64,000 nt of DNA from the sequence record OR620964.1. One strand, written 5' to 3'. The notes under the pieces are model-generated. The model was not told the DNA's origin and searched no databases. It worked only from the letters and a program-made list of their open reading frames with translations. The translations under genes were made by a program, and so were the position numbers. Below, in pieces: positions 26,322 through 35,664 of this stretch. Numbering within the stretch: position 1 is the first letter of the stretch; every line of letters begins with the position of its first letter.

Positions 26322-28634
26322 CTATATGGTTTTGACACTAAGCGTAGACACGCCATTCTGTTTTGTTACTAACCACTGCTTATCAGAGAAGTGCTCAACA
26401 GCTAATGGTGTAATCCAGTATATGTTGGGTACAGTCTGCTTTAACAATGGTAGATAGTTTTCTATCAGATGATCTTTCATTGCATCACTACACCCTTGAT
26501 CAGGCTCATCAAGGATGATGAAGTCTGTTCTGCGATCAGCTGGGATAAATGGTATTATAGCAAACGCATACAACAAGCGGAAACAACTGGATTCAGATCC
26601 ACTCATGATACTAATGTCAGTTGTTGACTTAGACGTCAGGCGGGTTATTGTGGCTGTAACACCTTGTGCGCTAGTGCCAAGAGTAAAATGCATAGGCTCG
26701 GCAAACACACGACCACTATTCTCATTCAGCCTGTTCTCAATTAACTTGAGGCGTGATTCAAGTGCCTTAAGTTTTAACGCATTGTTACTATACGCCTTGT
26801 AAAGAATCTCAAATATTTGACGACTCTCAATCAGCGGAGCTAGCTTACTAAGTTTTGCATCTAGCTCTGATATGGTTGAAGCATAGTGATCAAACTCTTG
26901 GCAACGGGACTGTAACTTCTGTGCCTTAGTATCAGTATCAGATATTTCAATAGCAAGGTCTTTAATCTCTTTATCAAGATCCTTATACTTTTTGTTTAGT
27001 TGCTTGTGCGACATCGAAGGCTTTTTAAACGCTTTCAATGTTTGATTCAGTTCTTGCAGTTCCTCCAACTCACCTATTCTGGCTTTAGTCTTCTTACGAC
27101 TACGCTTAGGCTGTTCAACCTTCTTAGGCTTCTTAAGGGATTCAAGTTTTGCACTTAGCTTATCATACTTCTTAGCTTGCTCGAACTCTTTAGTCAGGCG
27201 ATCAATTTTCTTACCCAAGGCAGAAAGTTCTGTCTTTAGTTCCTTACGACTACGCTTAGGCTGCTTAACAGGTGACTTAAGCAAATCATTAAGGTACTTG
27301 TTAGACGTAAGCCATTCAATATCCTTTGTCGCCTGATCAATCGTAGCAGAAGCACCTTGCGCCGCACGTTTCATACTCTTCATATCAACGTCTTGGCTGC
27401 AAGTAGGGCACGTAGTTCCATCAACATGCTTTACGAGTTTTTCGTAGGCACTAACAATGGCTTTAGATTGCGCTCTGATGTCGGCAGCTTCCTCAATAGT
27501 TCGTTTAGGACTTTTTGACTTAGATAGCTTTGATTTGAGGTGTTTGATTTGTTCTTGGTATTCGGCATATAGGTCTTCCTGTTCTTCCAGCGCTTCTAAT
27601 TCTGCCTCAAGTTCCTCTTCTTCTTTGACGAGCTTTGAGTGCCGCTTGACAAGTTTCTTTGTATCAACATCACCAGACGATGATAACTCAGCCAGTTCTT
27701 TTTCCCAGCGTTTCTTTTGCTCGGAATACTCTTGGCTATCAGCTTCATACTCAGCAAAGTCTGCATGTTGCTGTAGCTCTTTACGCAGAGTCTTTAACTC
27801 GGACTTGATATCTTTTGATACAACACCAAGCTCGGCAATCAACTGCAATGTTTGCTCATACTGCTTGGCTTCGTTACGCAATGTGCTTACAGTAACAAAC
27901 TGCTCATACAATTCATTACGCAATGCCTTACGTGTATCAGATAGCTCGATCAGTTTCTTTAGATTCTTTCTGTCTCCCTTGGTTACACCTAATGCTTTTT
28001 GTTTACGCTGTGTAACATCAAGAATATCAGCCAGTCCCTTAGATTCTGTTTCAGCATCTTTGGCTGCATCAAGGTTCTGTTTCACCTTGGCTCTGATCAA
28101 ATCAAACTCATCCAACTTAAAGAAGTCAGACATATACTTTAAGCGTTCCGCAGGTCGAGCACGTTGGAACGGATGAGGTATCTGGCTCTGTAGGTAGCAG
28201 TAGCTATAGAACTCATCGGCAGATAGTGGAAAGTGTTTCTTGATCCAGCTTCGAGCAACGTCTTGACGCTCTATCTTTTGATCTTCTCCGTTATAGGACA
28301 CTTTATACTTGCTAGCCGTTTGCTGTACTTTTATGATCCCACCTTGAGGCGATCGCCACTCAAGTGATATCTCACTTCCCTTAGCAAGCATATTAGTCTT
28401 TGCTTTCTTGGCAAGTGCGAGAGGATCTGCTTCAAACAATAAGTTTGGGATAGTACCGAACATCATACTCTTGCCAGCGCCGTTGCTGTTCTTCTTAACA
28501 TCGAGGCTGTCATTATTAAGACCGCTTACCGTTACAAATCCCTGCTCATCAAGGTCGGTAAGTTCAAGGTCTTTATATACTCCAACATTTTTCAATTGGA
28601 TTGATTTGAGGCTGATGCCTGAATGTTCTGTCAC
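26322..28634 (-). CDS. sbcC: SbcC/Rad50/gp46-like SMC-type ATPase
   Basis: Walker A NGAGKS, coiled coil with CPTC zinc hook, signature MSGSE, Walker B FIILDEPD. Confidence 0.92.
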   Translation of the reverse strand: MTEHSGISLKSIQLKNVGVYKDLELTDLDEQGFVTVSGLNNDSLDVKKNSNGAGKSMMFGTIPNLLFEADPLALAKKAKTNMLAKGSEISLEWRSPQGGIIKVQQTASKYKVSYNGEDQKIERQDVARSWIKKHFPLSADEFYSYCYLQSQIPHPFQRARPAERLKYMSDFFKLDEFDLIRAKVKQNLDAAKDAETESKGLADILDVTQRKQKALGVTKGDRKNLKKLIELSDTRKALRNELYEQFVTVSTLRNEAKQYEQTLQLIAELGVVSKDIKSELKTLRKELQQHADFAEYEADSQEYSEQKKRWEKELAELSSSGDVDTKKLVKRHSKLVKEEEELEAELEALEEQEDLYAEYQEQIKHLKSKLSKSKSPKRTIEEAADIRAQSKAIVSAYEKLVKHVDGTTCPTCSQDVDMKSMKRAAQGASATIDQATKDIEWLTSNKYLNDLLKSPVKQPKRSRKELKTELSALGKKIDRLTKEFEQAKKYDKLSAKLESLKKPKKVEQPKRSRKKTKARIGELEELQELNQTLKAFKKPSMSHKQLNKKYKDLDKEIKDLAIEISDTDTKAQKLQSRCQEFDHYASTISELDAKLSKLAPLIESRQIFEILYKAYSNNALKLKALESRLKLIENRLNENSGRVFAEPMHFTLGTSAQGVTATITRLTSKSTTDISIMSGSESSCFRLLYAFAIIPFIPADRRTDFIILDEPDQGCSDAMKDHLIENYLPLLKQTVPNIYWITPLAVEHFSDKQWLVTKQNGVSTLSVKTI

Positions 28635-28840
28635 ATCAACTCCATGAATTCTTCTTGCCGGATAGTCTGATCGTTGTATTTGAGTTTCAACGCTTCCATT
28701 TCTTCTTCTGTGTATTCAGAAAAAGACTGCTCTAACACTTCATGCTCATTTTCAAAATCACGGCTTATATCAGACCAGTATTCAATTGATTTGATTACTC
28801 GCCAAACAGGTATCTGCTGATAATCAATTTTGATTGTCAT
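28631..28840 (-). CDS. Hypothetical protein, 69 aa
   Basis: ATGA overlap with sbcC. Confidence 0.7.
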   Translation of the reverse strand: MTIKIDYQQIPVWRVIKSIEYWSDISRDFENEHEVLEQSFSEYTEEEMEALKLKYNDQTIRQEEFMELM

Positions 28841-28845
28841 GGCTA

Positions 28846-29061
28846 TTACATCCAGATGGTTGACTCACGTACCCAAATACCAGGGTCATTATATTGTTTT
28901 TGAAAACTGCCCAATTGCTTGTCGTCAACTGGTGACATTACTTGCTGGATAACTTCCATATATACCTCAGGTTCAGATGTATATGGATTGATATCACTTG
29001 TCATACGGCATATTTCAAAACAGGGAACTGATTTCATTCGGTACTGTGCTAGCATAGCCAT
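28846..29061 (-). CDS. Hypothetical protein, 71 aa
   Basis: First ORF after a promoter motif; tightly packed. Confidence 0.65.
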   Translation of the reverse strand: MAMLAQYRMKSVPCFEICRMTSDINPYTSEPEVYMEVIQQVMSPVDDKQLGSFQKQYNDPGIWVRESTIWM

Positions 29062-29098
29062 GATTTATACTCTAAGATTAATGGTAGATTATAGTCTA

Positions 29099-29107
29099 TA
29101 TTTACAG
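29099..29107 (-). promoter_or_regulatory. Putative phage promoter motif CTGTAAATA
   Basis: Exact motif after a terminator, heading the sbcC operon. Confidence 0.6.
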
Positions 29108-29125
29108 ATTTGGTACCAGAATAGG

Positions 29126-29147
29126 AAAAGGGCAGCCTAAGCCACCC
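29126..29147 (-). terminator. Rho-independent terminator
   Basis: GGGTGGC-TTAG-GCTGCCC-TTTT. Confidence 0.8.
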
Positions 29148-29152
29148 TTTGG

Positions 29153-29584
29153 TTATTTCTTCTTGGAGTTCTGTACGGTAGATTTAGGGCGCTTGATTTT
29201 ACGCAAGGCTACTCTTGCCTCAACTATCTTCTTACCTAGTTCTGCACGACGTGTCTTGGTCTGCTCTGTGTCCTGATCAGTACCTTTGAGTTTATCAAGT
29301 CTATTCCACTCAGTGACAAGACGATCAACAACCTGAGCGCGACCAACACGCTGTTGTTGCATACGAACAATATCCTGATTGGTCTTCCTACTTACCTGAG
29401 CACCTTTAAGTTTCTCTCTGGCTGTTTTAACACCGCTCTCATTTTGAGTTGCTTTGGTAAGCAGACTTCTGCGGGTCTGCTCATTGCGTACGGCTTTCTT
29501 GAGATTGTCTTTTGAGTTATCAAGTACAGTCTGTGCTTCCTGTAGTGGGCTATTACGCATACTCAGGCTGATTACAATTTCCAT
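29153..29584 (-). CDS. Basic coiled-coil protein with N-terminal MEIVISLS tag, 143 aa
   Basis: Start refined to ATG 29584 (GGAG RBS); the ORF-track start 29611 lies inside a terminator. Confidence 0.8.
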   Translation of the reverse strand: MEIVISLSMRNSPLQEAQTVLDNSKDNLKKAVRNEQTRRSLLTKATQNESGVKTAREKLKGAQVSRKTNQDIVRMQQQRVGRAQVVDRLVTEWNRLDKLKGTDQDTEQTKTRRAELGKKIVEARVALRKIKRPKSTVQNSKKK

Positions 29585-29600
29585 ACTCACTCCAGAAATG

Positions 29601-29629
29601 AAAAAGGGCACACCGATTAAGGCACGCCC
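29601..29629 (-). terminator. Rho-independent terminator
   Basis: GGGCGTGCC-TTAATC-GGTGTGCCC-TTTTT. Confidence 0.8.
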
Positions 29630-29734
29630 TTTTGTTTAAGCGCACTATGCACTCGGCCTAATGTAGCACCTACCACAATCTTTTAGCACTCCCGTGGTCA
29701 GGAGTGAGATTTAGGATCACCTCACGTGGGACTA

Positions 29735-30253
29735 CTACTCTTCGTCTAATTCTTCTTCTTCCTCTACATCTGATGTAGAACGCAGTATTGATGGCCCTCG
29801 GTAGCCCTTACTTAAGATTTTATAAGCAGGACGTACGGGCGTATTTTCATAGTATTCTTTCAGTTCTTCAATATTACGGAACCATTGCAGGTCTTGACTT
29901 TTAAACGGAATAATCAAGAATTGTTGCTCACCGTAGACATTGATAGCTAAGAATACGTCACCGCTGAATGTAGGAGTTGCAAGTGGTAGTGGTTTCATAA
30001 GATTCTTAAAGTCATTAGTATCCTTTAAAACCTTATCACCTACAATCCACGACGCGCCGTCGGTTCCACTTTTAACAATGCGAACAGTTTTGCTACCAGA
30101 AGTGAACTGGCCAAATTCGTCAGCATGAAAGCGCCCTGCACCAAACATATAACGTGCAAGTCCTTTCAGGTCGATCGTAGAGTACGGATGCGTTACAGTG
30201 CAGCGGTCTTTGTTTTGAACAGTTAGACCGGACATAGAGACGAAAATCCTCAT
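29735..30253 (-). CDS. Hypothetical protein, 172 aa, with MRIFVSMS tag and acidic tail
   Basis: Clean ORF between terminators. Confidence 0.75.
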   Translation of the reverse strand: MRIFVSMSGLTVQNKDRCTVTHPYSTIDLKGLARYMFGAGRFHADEFGQFTSGSKTVRIVKSGTDGASWIVGDKVLKDTNDFKNLMKPLPLATPTFSGDVFLAINVYGEQQFLIIPFKSQDLQWFRNIEELKEYYENTPVRPAYKILSKGYRGPSILRSTSDVEEEEELDEE

Positions 30254-30331
30254 TTGTGAAATCTCGCATTGTTATCATTAATTGTCGTGTATTGAAATTA
30301 GAAAGAAAGTTCAAATTATGCCATAAATAAG

Positions 30332-30352
30332 AAAGGGAACCCGAAGGCTCCC
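30332..30352 (-). terminator. Rho-independent terminator
   Basis: GGGAGCC-TTCG-GGTTCCC-TTT. Confidence 0.8.
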
Positions 30353-30359
30353 TTTTACG

Positions 30360-31649
30360 TTATTTCTTCTTTTTCTTCTTAGGTGTATCGCTCTCAATAG
30401 GTGATACTGAAATATCAATCTTGCCTGCATAGATATCAGCCATCAGTTTACAGATGGAAGTTTCCAACATGATATCAGGCGGCACACTTGAACTGTTGAA
30501 CGCTACTTCACAATCATTCAATACCGACTGCAAGTTGATTAGCTTAGGCAGGTTAACATCAACATCTTTATTCAGACGTGCCAGATTCAGGAACATCTTA
30601 AGGCCAGCAGACTGCCACTTATTGGTCTGAGTAAGGTGGCCAATGATACTATGGATAGTCCAACGTGCTTTCTGCATGATGCCTCTTGGGTCACCAGCTT
30701 CACGCAAGAACTGAATGACTGATAACAGATCCATTGAGAGAAACGCGCCAATCATTTGCACTGCCTTCTCTTCTAATTGAACTTCTGGATCAGCGGCAGC
30801 AATCGTCATAATAAGAGAAGAGTCGAATGTCTCACCTCCTAGTACCGCACTATACACGTTCTGCAATGTACCGATTGCACCACGCATCTGGCCACCAGCA
30901 AGATTAGCAATTTGTTTGATTGCTTTCTCTGAGGCATTACGTGCTTTCTCTTTCTTCACAGAAGGTAGGATTGATTCTGCTTCTGCTATCTGAGTCAAGC
31001 GTTTAGCAATCACATCTGCCTCAATCGGCATGATGTTAAGTCTGGTACAACGTCCAACCAGAGGTGATTTCAATTTCTCTGGGTTAGTCGTTATGAGAAT
31101 CCATACAACATGCGCAGGTGGCTCTTCCGTAGTTACCAGTAACTTGGATTCGGCTGCACTTGACATAAGATGCACTTCGTCCAATAGATAAACACGGCGC
31201 TTGAACATAGGACTAAGTAAGGAGCTATCAATGATGGCTTGTGTTCCATCAACCTTACCATGAACGTCTCCCATATCACGCTGCATAATATCTGGATGTG
31301 CATCCGGGCCTGAATCAGCCATCTGACAGGAGCGACATTTCCCACAAGCACTGAACGTATCGCAGTTGATATACTTTGCCAGCATACGTGCGAACGTCGT
31401 CTTACCTGCACCTGTGTGACCGCTAATCAGAATAGTGGAAGGGACGATTCCACTCTTTTGCCAGCCTTTAAATATCTTCGCAATGTGATCTTGACCAACA
31501 TAGTCTTCGATACGACGCGGTCTATACTTTGCAGGAAAGTTAACAGTCTGTAGTTCTACGTAGTCACTACCTTTCTTAGACTTCTTTGTACTTGGTTCAG
31601 AAGAATCGGTAAACGCACGTTTCTTCTTTTTCTTCTTCTCATCTGCCAT
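30360..31649 (-). CDS. dnaX: Clamp-loader AAA+ subunit, DNA polymerase III gamma/tau (DnaX) type
   Basis: KYRP...YVGQ, Walker A GHTGAGKTT, zinc module C..CGKCRSC, Walker B LLDEVH, GRC arginine finger; start refined to 31649 (GGAG RBS). Confidence 0.92.
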   Translation of the reverse strand: MADEKKKKKKRAFTDSSEPSTKKSKKGSDYVELQTVNFPAKYRPRRIEDYVGQDHIAKIFKGWQKSGIVPSTILISGHTGAGKTTFARMLAKYINCDTFSACGKCRSCQMADSGPDAHPDIMQRDMGDVHGKVDGTQAIIDSSLLSPMFKRRVYLLDEVHLMSSAAESKLLVTTEEPPAHVVWILITTNPEKLKSPLVGRCTRLNIMPIEADVIAKRLTQIAEAESILPSVKKEKARNASEKAIKQIANLAGGQMRGAIGTLQNVYSAVLGGETFDSSLIMTIAAADPEVQLEEKAVQMIGAFLSMDLLSVIQFLREAGDPRGIMQKARWTIHSIIGHLTQTNKWQSAGLKMFLNLARLNKDVDVNLPKLINLQSVLNDCEVAFNSSSVPPDIMLETSICKLMADIYAGKIDISVSPIESDTPKKKKKK

Positions 31650-31688
31650 GTTAACTCCAAACAATATTTATCGTGTGTTCCTATTGCT

Positions 31689-31697
31689 TATTTACAG
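31689..31697 (-). promoter_or_regulatory. Putative phage promoter motif CTGTAAATA
   Basis: Exact motif between a terminator and the dnaX start. Confidence 0.6.
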
Positions 31698-31714
31698 TTT
31701 TGCTGTATTTAAAC

Positions 31715-31749
31715 AAAAAAAAGGGACGCCCAGATCCGTGGGCAGTCCC
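31715..31749 (-). terminator. Rho-independent terminator
   Basis: GGGACTGCCCA-CGGATC-TGGGCGTCCC followed by T8. Confidence 0.85.
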
Positions 31750-31817
31750 GTATATTGCGAAAGGATGATAAGATATTATTTTTGGGTAATATCCGCAGTG
31801 GCAAATTGCGAATCTGG

Positions 31818-32015
31818 TTATAAGGAAAATCCGACTTCAAAGCGAGGACTTACCTTAAGAAAACGTTCATACTCTTTTGGTGGGTTAGTGCGTATGCGGG
31901 CAATCTCTTTTTCAACTTCCCTATACGCTTTAATATCCGTGCGAACGACGTGCGTTACACAGGAGCCATCGGCACCGAACAAGTCGGCGACTACACGAAA
32001 GCTGCTCTTTAACAT
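31818..32015 (-). CDS. Hypothetical protein, 65 aa
   Basis: GGAG RBS; preceded by the motif variant CTGTAAAG at 32046-32053. Confidence 0.7.
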   Translation of the reverse strand: MLKSSFRVVADLFGADGSCVTHVVRTDIKAYREVEKEIARIRTNPPKEYERFLKVSPRFEVGFSL

Positions 32016-32057
32016 AAATGCTCCGAGGTATAATATCTAATATCTCTTTACAGTTTA

Positions 32058-32340
32058 GGCATACTCCAATGGCTGCATGGTTAACAATCATTGGAGTATG
32101 CCCAGATGGCTGCGCATCGGCTGCTCGGTGGCATACTCCCCGCCTCTCTTTTATAAAGCGCTAGAGGTGGTTGGCGCTTACGTGAGGCTGACACACGCAC
32201 AAATGACGACTGGGTAGCAAGCAGCCGGGTTTGTTTCAATCGTGCATGACGCTCACATGTCCCACGGCGGGATTCTGATCGACCCACTAATTAGCCCTCA
32301 ACACATACTGACGTGAGCCACGGATTATCTGTATGCTGGC
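32058..32340. ncRNA. Candidate structured non-coding RNA or cis-regulatory element
   Basis: No credible ORF; perfect 14-bp stem 32058-32071/32089-32102, an alternative partner at 32130-32139 and several further complementary pairs. Confidence 0.3.
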
Positions 32341-32350
32341 ACTGGCGTTT

Positions 32351-32392
32351 AAAAAGCTCTAGTGCCAAGAGGGATTAGTTCTGGCACTAGAG
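32351..32392 (-). terminator. Rho-independent terminator
   Basis: Perfect 11-bp stem CTCTAGTGCCA/TGGCACTAGAG followed by CTTTTT on the minus strand. Confidence 0.75.
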
Positions 32393-32448
32393 AAAAACGC
32401 GAAGTACAACTCCTTTGCACTCTCAATGTCTCTATAATATTATCATTT

Positions 32449-33057
32449 TTATGGCTTTTTAGGAATATTCCTAAGAGTCATTTTATCAATGGTATCATAA
32501 AATTGATCTGTATCAAATCCAGTAAATCGGTTAGGTGCTTCAAAATGTTTGTTCCATGGCTTATCACAGATAAGAACATTTTTGAAACATTCGATCTTAC
32601 TATTGAACGCTGGCTTATCATCCAGAATGATATACTCATCCCGTGAGCCAAATATCATATCTAGGTATTCCATTTTATTAGGAGTGACAGTTGGATCAAT
32701 CACATGAATACTTGTAAGCATATTCATCATGCACAGGCCAGTGTTCGGAATAGGCTTGGACAGTAGCTTGCGCGTAAACGCCTCACCTAACTTTGTGTAT
32801 CCACGGTGTGTACAGATATGGAGTTTATATCCCATATCAAACAGGCGGATCGCAGCACGGTAGAATAAATGAGCAGGCTCAACATTATACATGAATGTCG
32901 CGTCTTCGAGCATATCAATAAATGCCTGCCCACCATTCTTCGGCGTGATGTACTCATTCTTAACATCGATATTCTTTTCAGCAAGAGCACGAACAAAGAA
33001 TGGGTAGGTATCATAGCCTGTGTCATCGATGTCGATAACAATGTTTTTAATAGTCAT
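32449..33057 (-). CDS. HAD-superfamily 5'(3')-deoxyribonucleotidase-like phosphatase
   Basis: IVIDIDDT (DxD), ICTHRG, IILDDKP, ICDKPWN. Confidence 0.8.
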   Translation of the reverse strand: MTIKNIVIDIDDTGYDTYPFFVRALAEKNIDVKNEYITPKNGGQAFIDMLEDATFMYNVEPAHLFYRAAIRLFDMGYKLHICTHRGYTKLGEAFTRKLLSKPIPNTGLCMMNMLTSIHVIDPTVTPNKMEYLDMIFGSRDEYIILDDKPAFNSKIECFKNVLICDKPWNKHFEAPNRFTGFDTDQFYDTIDKMTLRNIPKKP

Positions 33058-33473
33058 TAGTGCTCCACATTACTACAAGGAATTGGTATCCCGCTGACTG
33101 TTGCCAATCCTAGCGTGAGTTTTGGGAAAGTACGGAATAGGTCATCTTGATTATGAATTGGATATGAGACTAAGCCATCAAGAATAAAATTGGTTTCGAT
33201 AGACGTTAAGATTCTTTCGCCTGTATCTTTGCTGTAGGTCAACACATGCGGGTTGAACATCCAATCAGCTCCGTTAAAGCGGACGACATATCCTAAGTAG
33301 GTATAGCCTTGGAGATCTACGCTTCTGATCTCAGGGCCGATAGACTCATGGGTATAATCATCTTGGTAATCTTCTTCGTCCTCTTCCTCACCATCATATT
33401 CTACTTCTGGCTGATTCTCTGCAACCTCATCATCGTCATTGAACTCAAGATCAAAGTCTAAGGGTTCGCGCAT
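33057..33473 (-). CDS. Hypothetical protein with acidic N-terminus, 138 aa
   Basis: TAATG coupling on both sides. Confidence 0.8.
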   Translation of the reverse strand: MREPLDFDLEFNDDDEVAENQPEVEYDGEEEDEEDYQDDYTHESIGPEIRSVDLQGYTYLGYVVRFNGADWMFNPHVLTYSKDTGERILTSIETNFILDGLVSYPIHNQDDLFRTFPKLTLGLATVSGIPIPCSNVEH

Positions 33474-34054
33474 TACGATGCTCCTTGTAACGCTCGTATT
33501 ACATCGGGACCAATAGCATTCAGCATCAGTCTTCCCATACGAGTGTACATACGTTGGCTCATTGCGATTTGCGTAAGGCTGGATATCGTATCATCACGAG
33601 TCCGTCCTGTTCTTTTCTGCGCGTAATCAACAATGACTGAGGCAGGCTGCTGCAAGAATGTTAAGACTTCCGCATCATGCAGCGTCATGCCTGGATTTGA
33701 TAGTGGTGCGAAGTTTGTTTCCTGATCTGCCATGTACGATATTACTTTGGCCGGATTCAATCGAACTGTATGTGCGCCTAGAAAAACGTTGGCGCTAGAC
33801 AGTGCTTGCTTTATCTGATAGTCATTTACATTACATACCATACGCAAGAACAATGCAGATACAAGTAGGTCATTTGAGATTACCTTACTCGCTGTAAGTA
33901 ATGAGATATCATGGACAAGACTGACAATATTCAGCGAATAATTTCGCGTATAAAGAGGGTGCTGCCTGTTGAAGCGCTCAAAGTGATCTAGGGCAGAAGT
34001 TAACCCAGCATTATTCAACAGGTGTTCCGCCCTAACGACATTGATATTACTCAT
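33473..34054 (-). CDS. Hypothetical protein, 193 aa, possibly a degenerate HD-domain fold
   Basis: LVHDI and LHDAEVL segments; weak. Confidence 0.75.
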   Translation of the reverse strand: MSNINVVRAEHLLNNAGLTSALDHFERFNRQHPLYTRNYSLNIVSLVHDISLLTASKVISNDLLVSALFLRMVCNVNDYQIKQALSSANVFLGAHTVRLNPAKVISYMADQETNFAPLSNPGMTLHDAEVLTFLQQPASVIVDYAQKRTGRTRDDTISSLTQIAMSQRMYTRMGRLMLNAIGPDVIRALQGAS

Positions 34055-34060
34055 CGCGTT

Positions 34061-35023
34061 TTAGGCAATCTCTTTCAAACTATTCTTCATGGCCTTACGC
34101 AGAGTCTTACCTACGTCTACACCATTTACATGTCGAGCAAACGTATGAGCAAATAAAGTCTGTGGAGATTTTAATACAGCCTTATCCATGTCTGGTCGGC
34201 CCTCAACAACTTCAATCTCGCCTGGCCACATATCTGCGACTGCTTCTGGTTTAGCTTCGGCCAGTAGCTCAAGCTCTCGTACACTTACCTGACGCTGACG
34301 TGCAATCGTTCGGAAGATAAGATCGACAAAAGGAAGCATGTCTTCCGATACTACGTTCTTAACATCTTTGGCATCACCAGACCGTAGAAAGTCTTGAAGG
34401 AGATCTGCCAGAGTAGCTTTATCCAGACGATGCACATTACGCAGTTTATTAAATAGTACAATCCACTTAGCCTTACGACTGGTAGCAACCAAGTGAGTAT
34501 AAACCGATTCGCCAAGTGCAATCAGAAGACGTTGATATACGTCCTCGATAACATTGTCTTGGTCTAAGAAGATATTGATCTCATCTGCCCATTCTTCTTT
34601 ACGGAACTTAGAACGGAACGTATGTGTCTTTGTGCCAGACTGCTGAACAAAACTGATTCTGGTGCAGCGACGGACAGCTTCTTTAAGTCGGTACTTATCG
34701 ATAATCTTGGGCAGTCGCTTAAGCGCTTTACGGCTTGTCTTTTTAATATCTTCTGGCCGTCCTAGGCATACGAGTTTTGGCATGCCTGAGATTTCACCCA
34801 TGTCATGTACTGGACGAACAGTGCATCCGAAAGCAGAACTACCAGGCTCAGGGTCAGGGCCGAGAACACAAAGCAAGTCAGTATCTGGACTGAACTTAAT
34901 TGTCTCAACTTCTTTGTTCATCATGGTATTTACCAAGATGCCGACAGTCTTACCTGTAGCGAGAACAAGCATATTTTTATTGCCTACACGGACAATAAGA
35001 TAATCACTCTCAATATGTTTCAT
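34061..35023 (-). CDS. Hypothetical protein, 320 aa
   Basis: GAGG RBS; long ORF. Confidence 0.85.
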   Translation of the reverse strand: MKHIESDYLIVRVGNKNMLVLATGKTVGILVNTMMNKEVETIKFSPDTDLLCVLGPDPEPGSSAFGCTVRPVHDMGEISGMPKLVCLGRPEDIKKTSRKALKRLPKIIDKYRLKEAVRRCTRISFVQQSGTKTHTFRSKFRKEEWADEINIFLDQDNVIEDVYQRLLIALGESVYTHLVATSRKAKWIVLFNKLRNVHRLDKATLADLLQDFLRSGDAKDVKNVVSEDMLPFVDLIFRTIARQRQVSVRELELLAEAKPEAVADMWPGEIEVVEGRPDMDKAVLKSPQTLFAHTFARHVNGVDVGKTLRKAMKNSLKEIA

Positions 35024-35031
35024 AATCGCCT

Positions 35032-35292
35032 CTAGCTTTGCTTATCATCAAGATTGCCATTAACAGGTGTGTTGGATTGTGTGCGAGCACATTCCATAGC
35101 CCGACGAACCACATCTTGTATTTCGGCATCACCAGACTTCAAATCACTGCCTGTCATAACAAGCTCAACACGAAGAATATTGTCTTCGATATCCTGCGGA
35201 CCGTTTGGCGCAAGGTGATGATGGGCTGCTTTCATTTGTTCTGCAATTGAATCTTGGCACTTGCATTGAGCGCATTTATTCGTACACGTCAT
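35032..35292 (-). CDS. Hypothetical protein, 86 aa, with N-terminal Cys cluster
   Basis: AAGGA RBS; CTNKCAQCKC. Confidence 0.75.
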   Translation of the reverse strand: MTCTNKCAQCKCQDSIAEQMKAAHHHLAPNGPQDIEDNILRVELVMTGSDLKSGDAEIQDVVRRAMECARTQSNTPVNGNLDDKQS

Positions 35293-35355
35293 TTTATTTC
35301 CTTAATGATCGGTATGACAATCTATTGTTTAAGCAACGTAGCTATGTCATAAAAA

Positions 35356-35658
35356 TTACAGTGATCCGTTTGGCAACATACCTAACCTAACAAGACGTTG
35401 CTCCAACTTAACATAGTCGGCATTGGCCAGTGGGAAATGTGGTACAGCATCCTTGTATATTTCTCTAGACTCATGCGTAGATGCGGTGCTTGTATTAACA
35501 TCGGCGATGCTCATTAAATACTGAGCCATGCGTCTATCTAAATCACGGCCAGTAGGAGAAGTAACCTTAGCTACTTTAGGCTTTGCTGGAACGGTTAGAT
35601 CTTTTGCAGATTGTTTGAATCGACGTTTCTTTTCTGCTAGGCTTAATTTCTTTTTCAT
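35356..35658 (-). CDS. Basic hypothetical protein, 100 aa
   Basis: Starts MKKKLSLAEKKRRFK; operonic packing. Confidence 0.7.
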   Translation of the reverse strand: MKKKLSLAEKKRRFKQSAKDLTVPAKPKVAKVTSPTGRDLDRRMAQYLMSIADVNTSTASTHESREIYKDAVPHFPLANADYVKLEQRLVRLGMLPNGSL

Positions 35659-35664
35659 ATATGT

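Noticed and set aside
27093-27263. 21-bp direct repeat in sbcC (27093-27113 and 27243-27263)
   Set aside because: It encodes QPKRSRK on both arms of the coiled coil; an in-frame coding duplication with no sign of a mobile or regulatory role
32266-32285. GGGATTCTGATCGAC resembles the tmRNA 5' end
   Set aside because: No matching acceptor stem, T-arm or CCA end, and no tag frame found
32081-32287. 68-aa ORF in the structured spacer
   Set aside because: Non-ATG start, no RBS, atypical composition, and it overlaps strong inverted repeats
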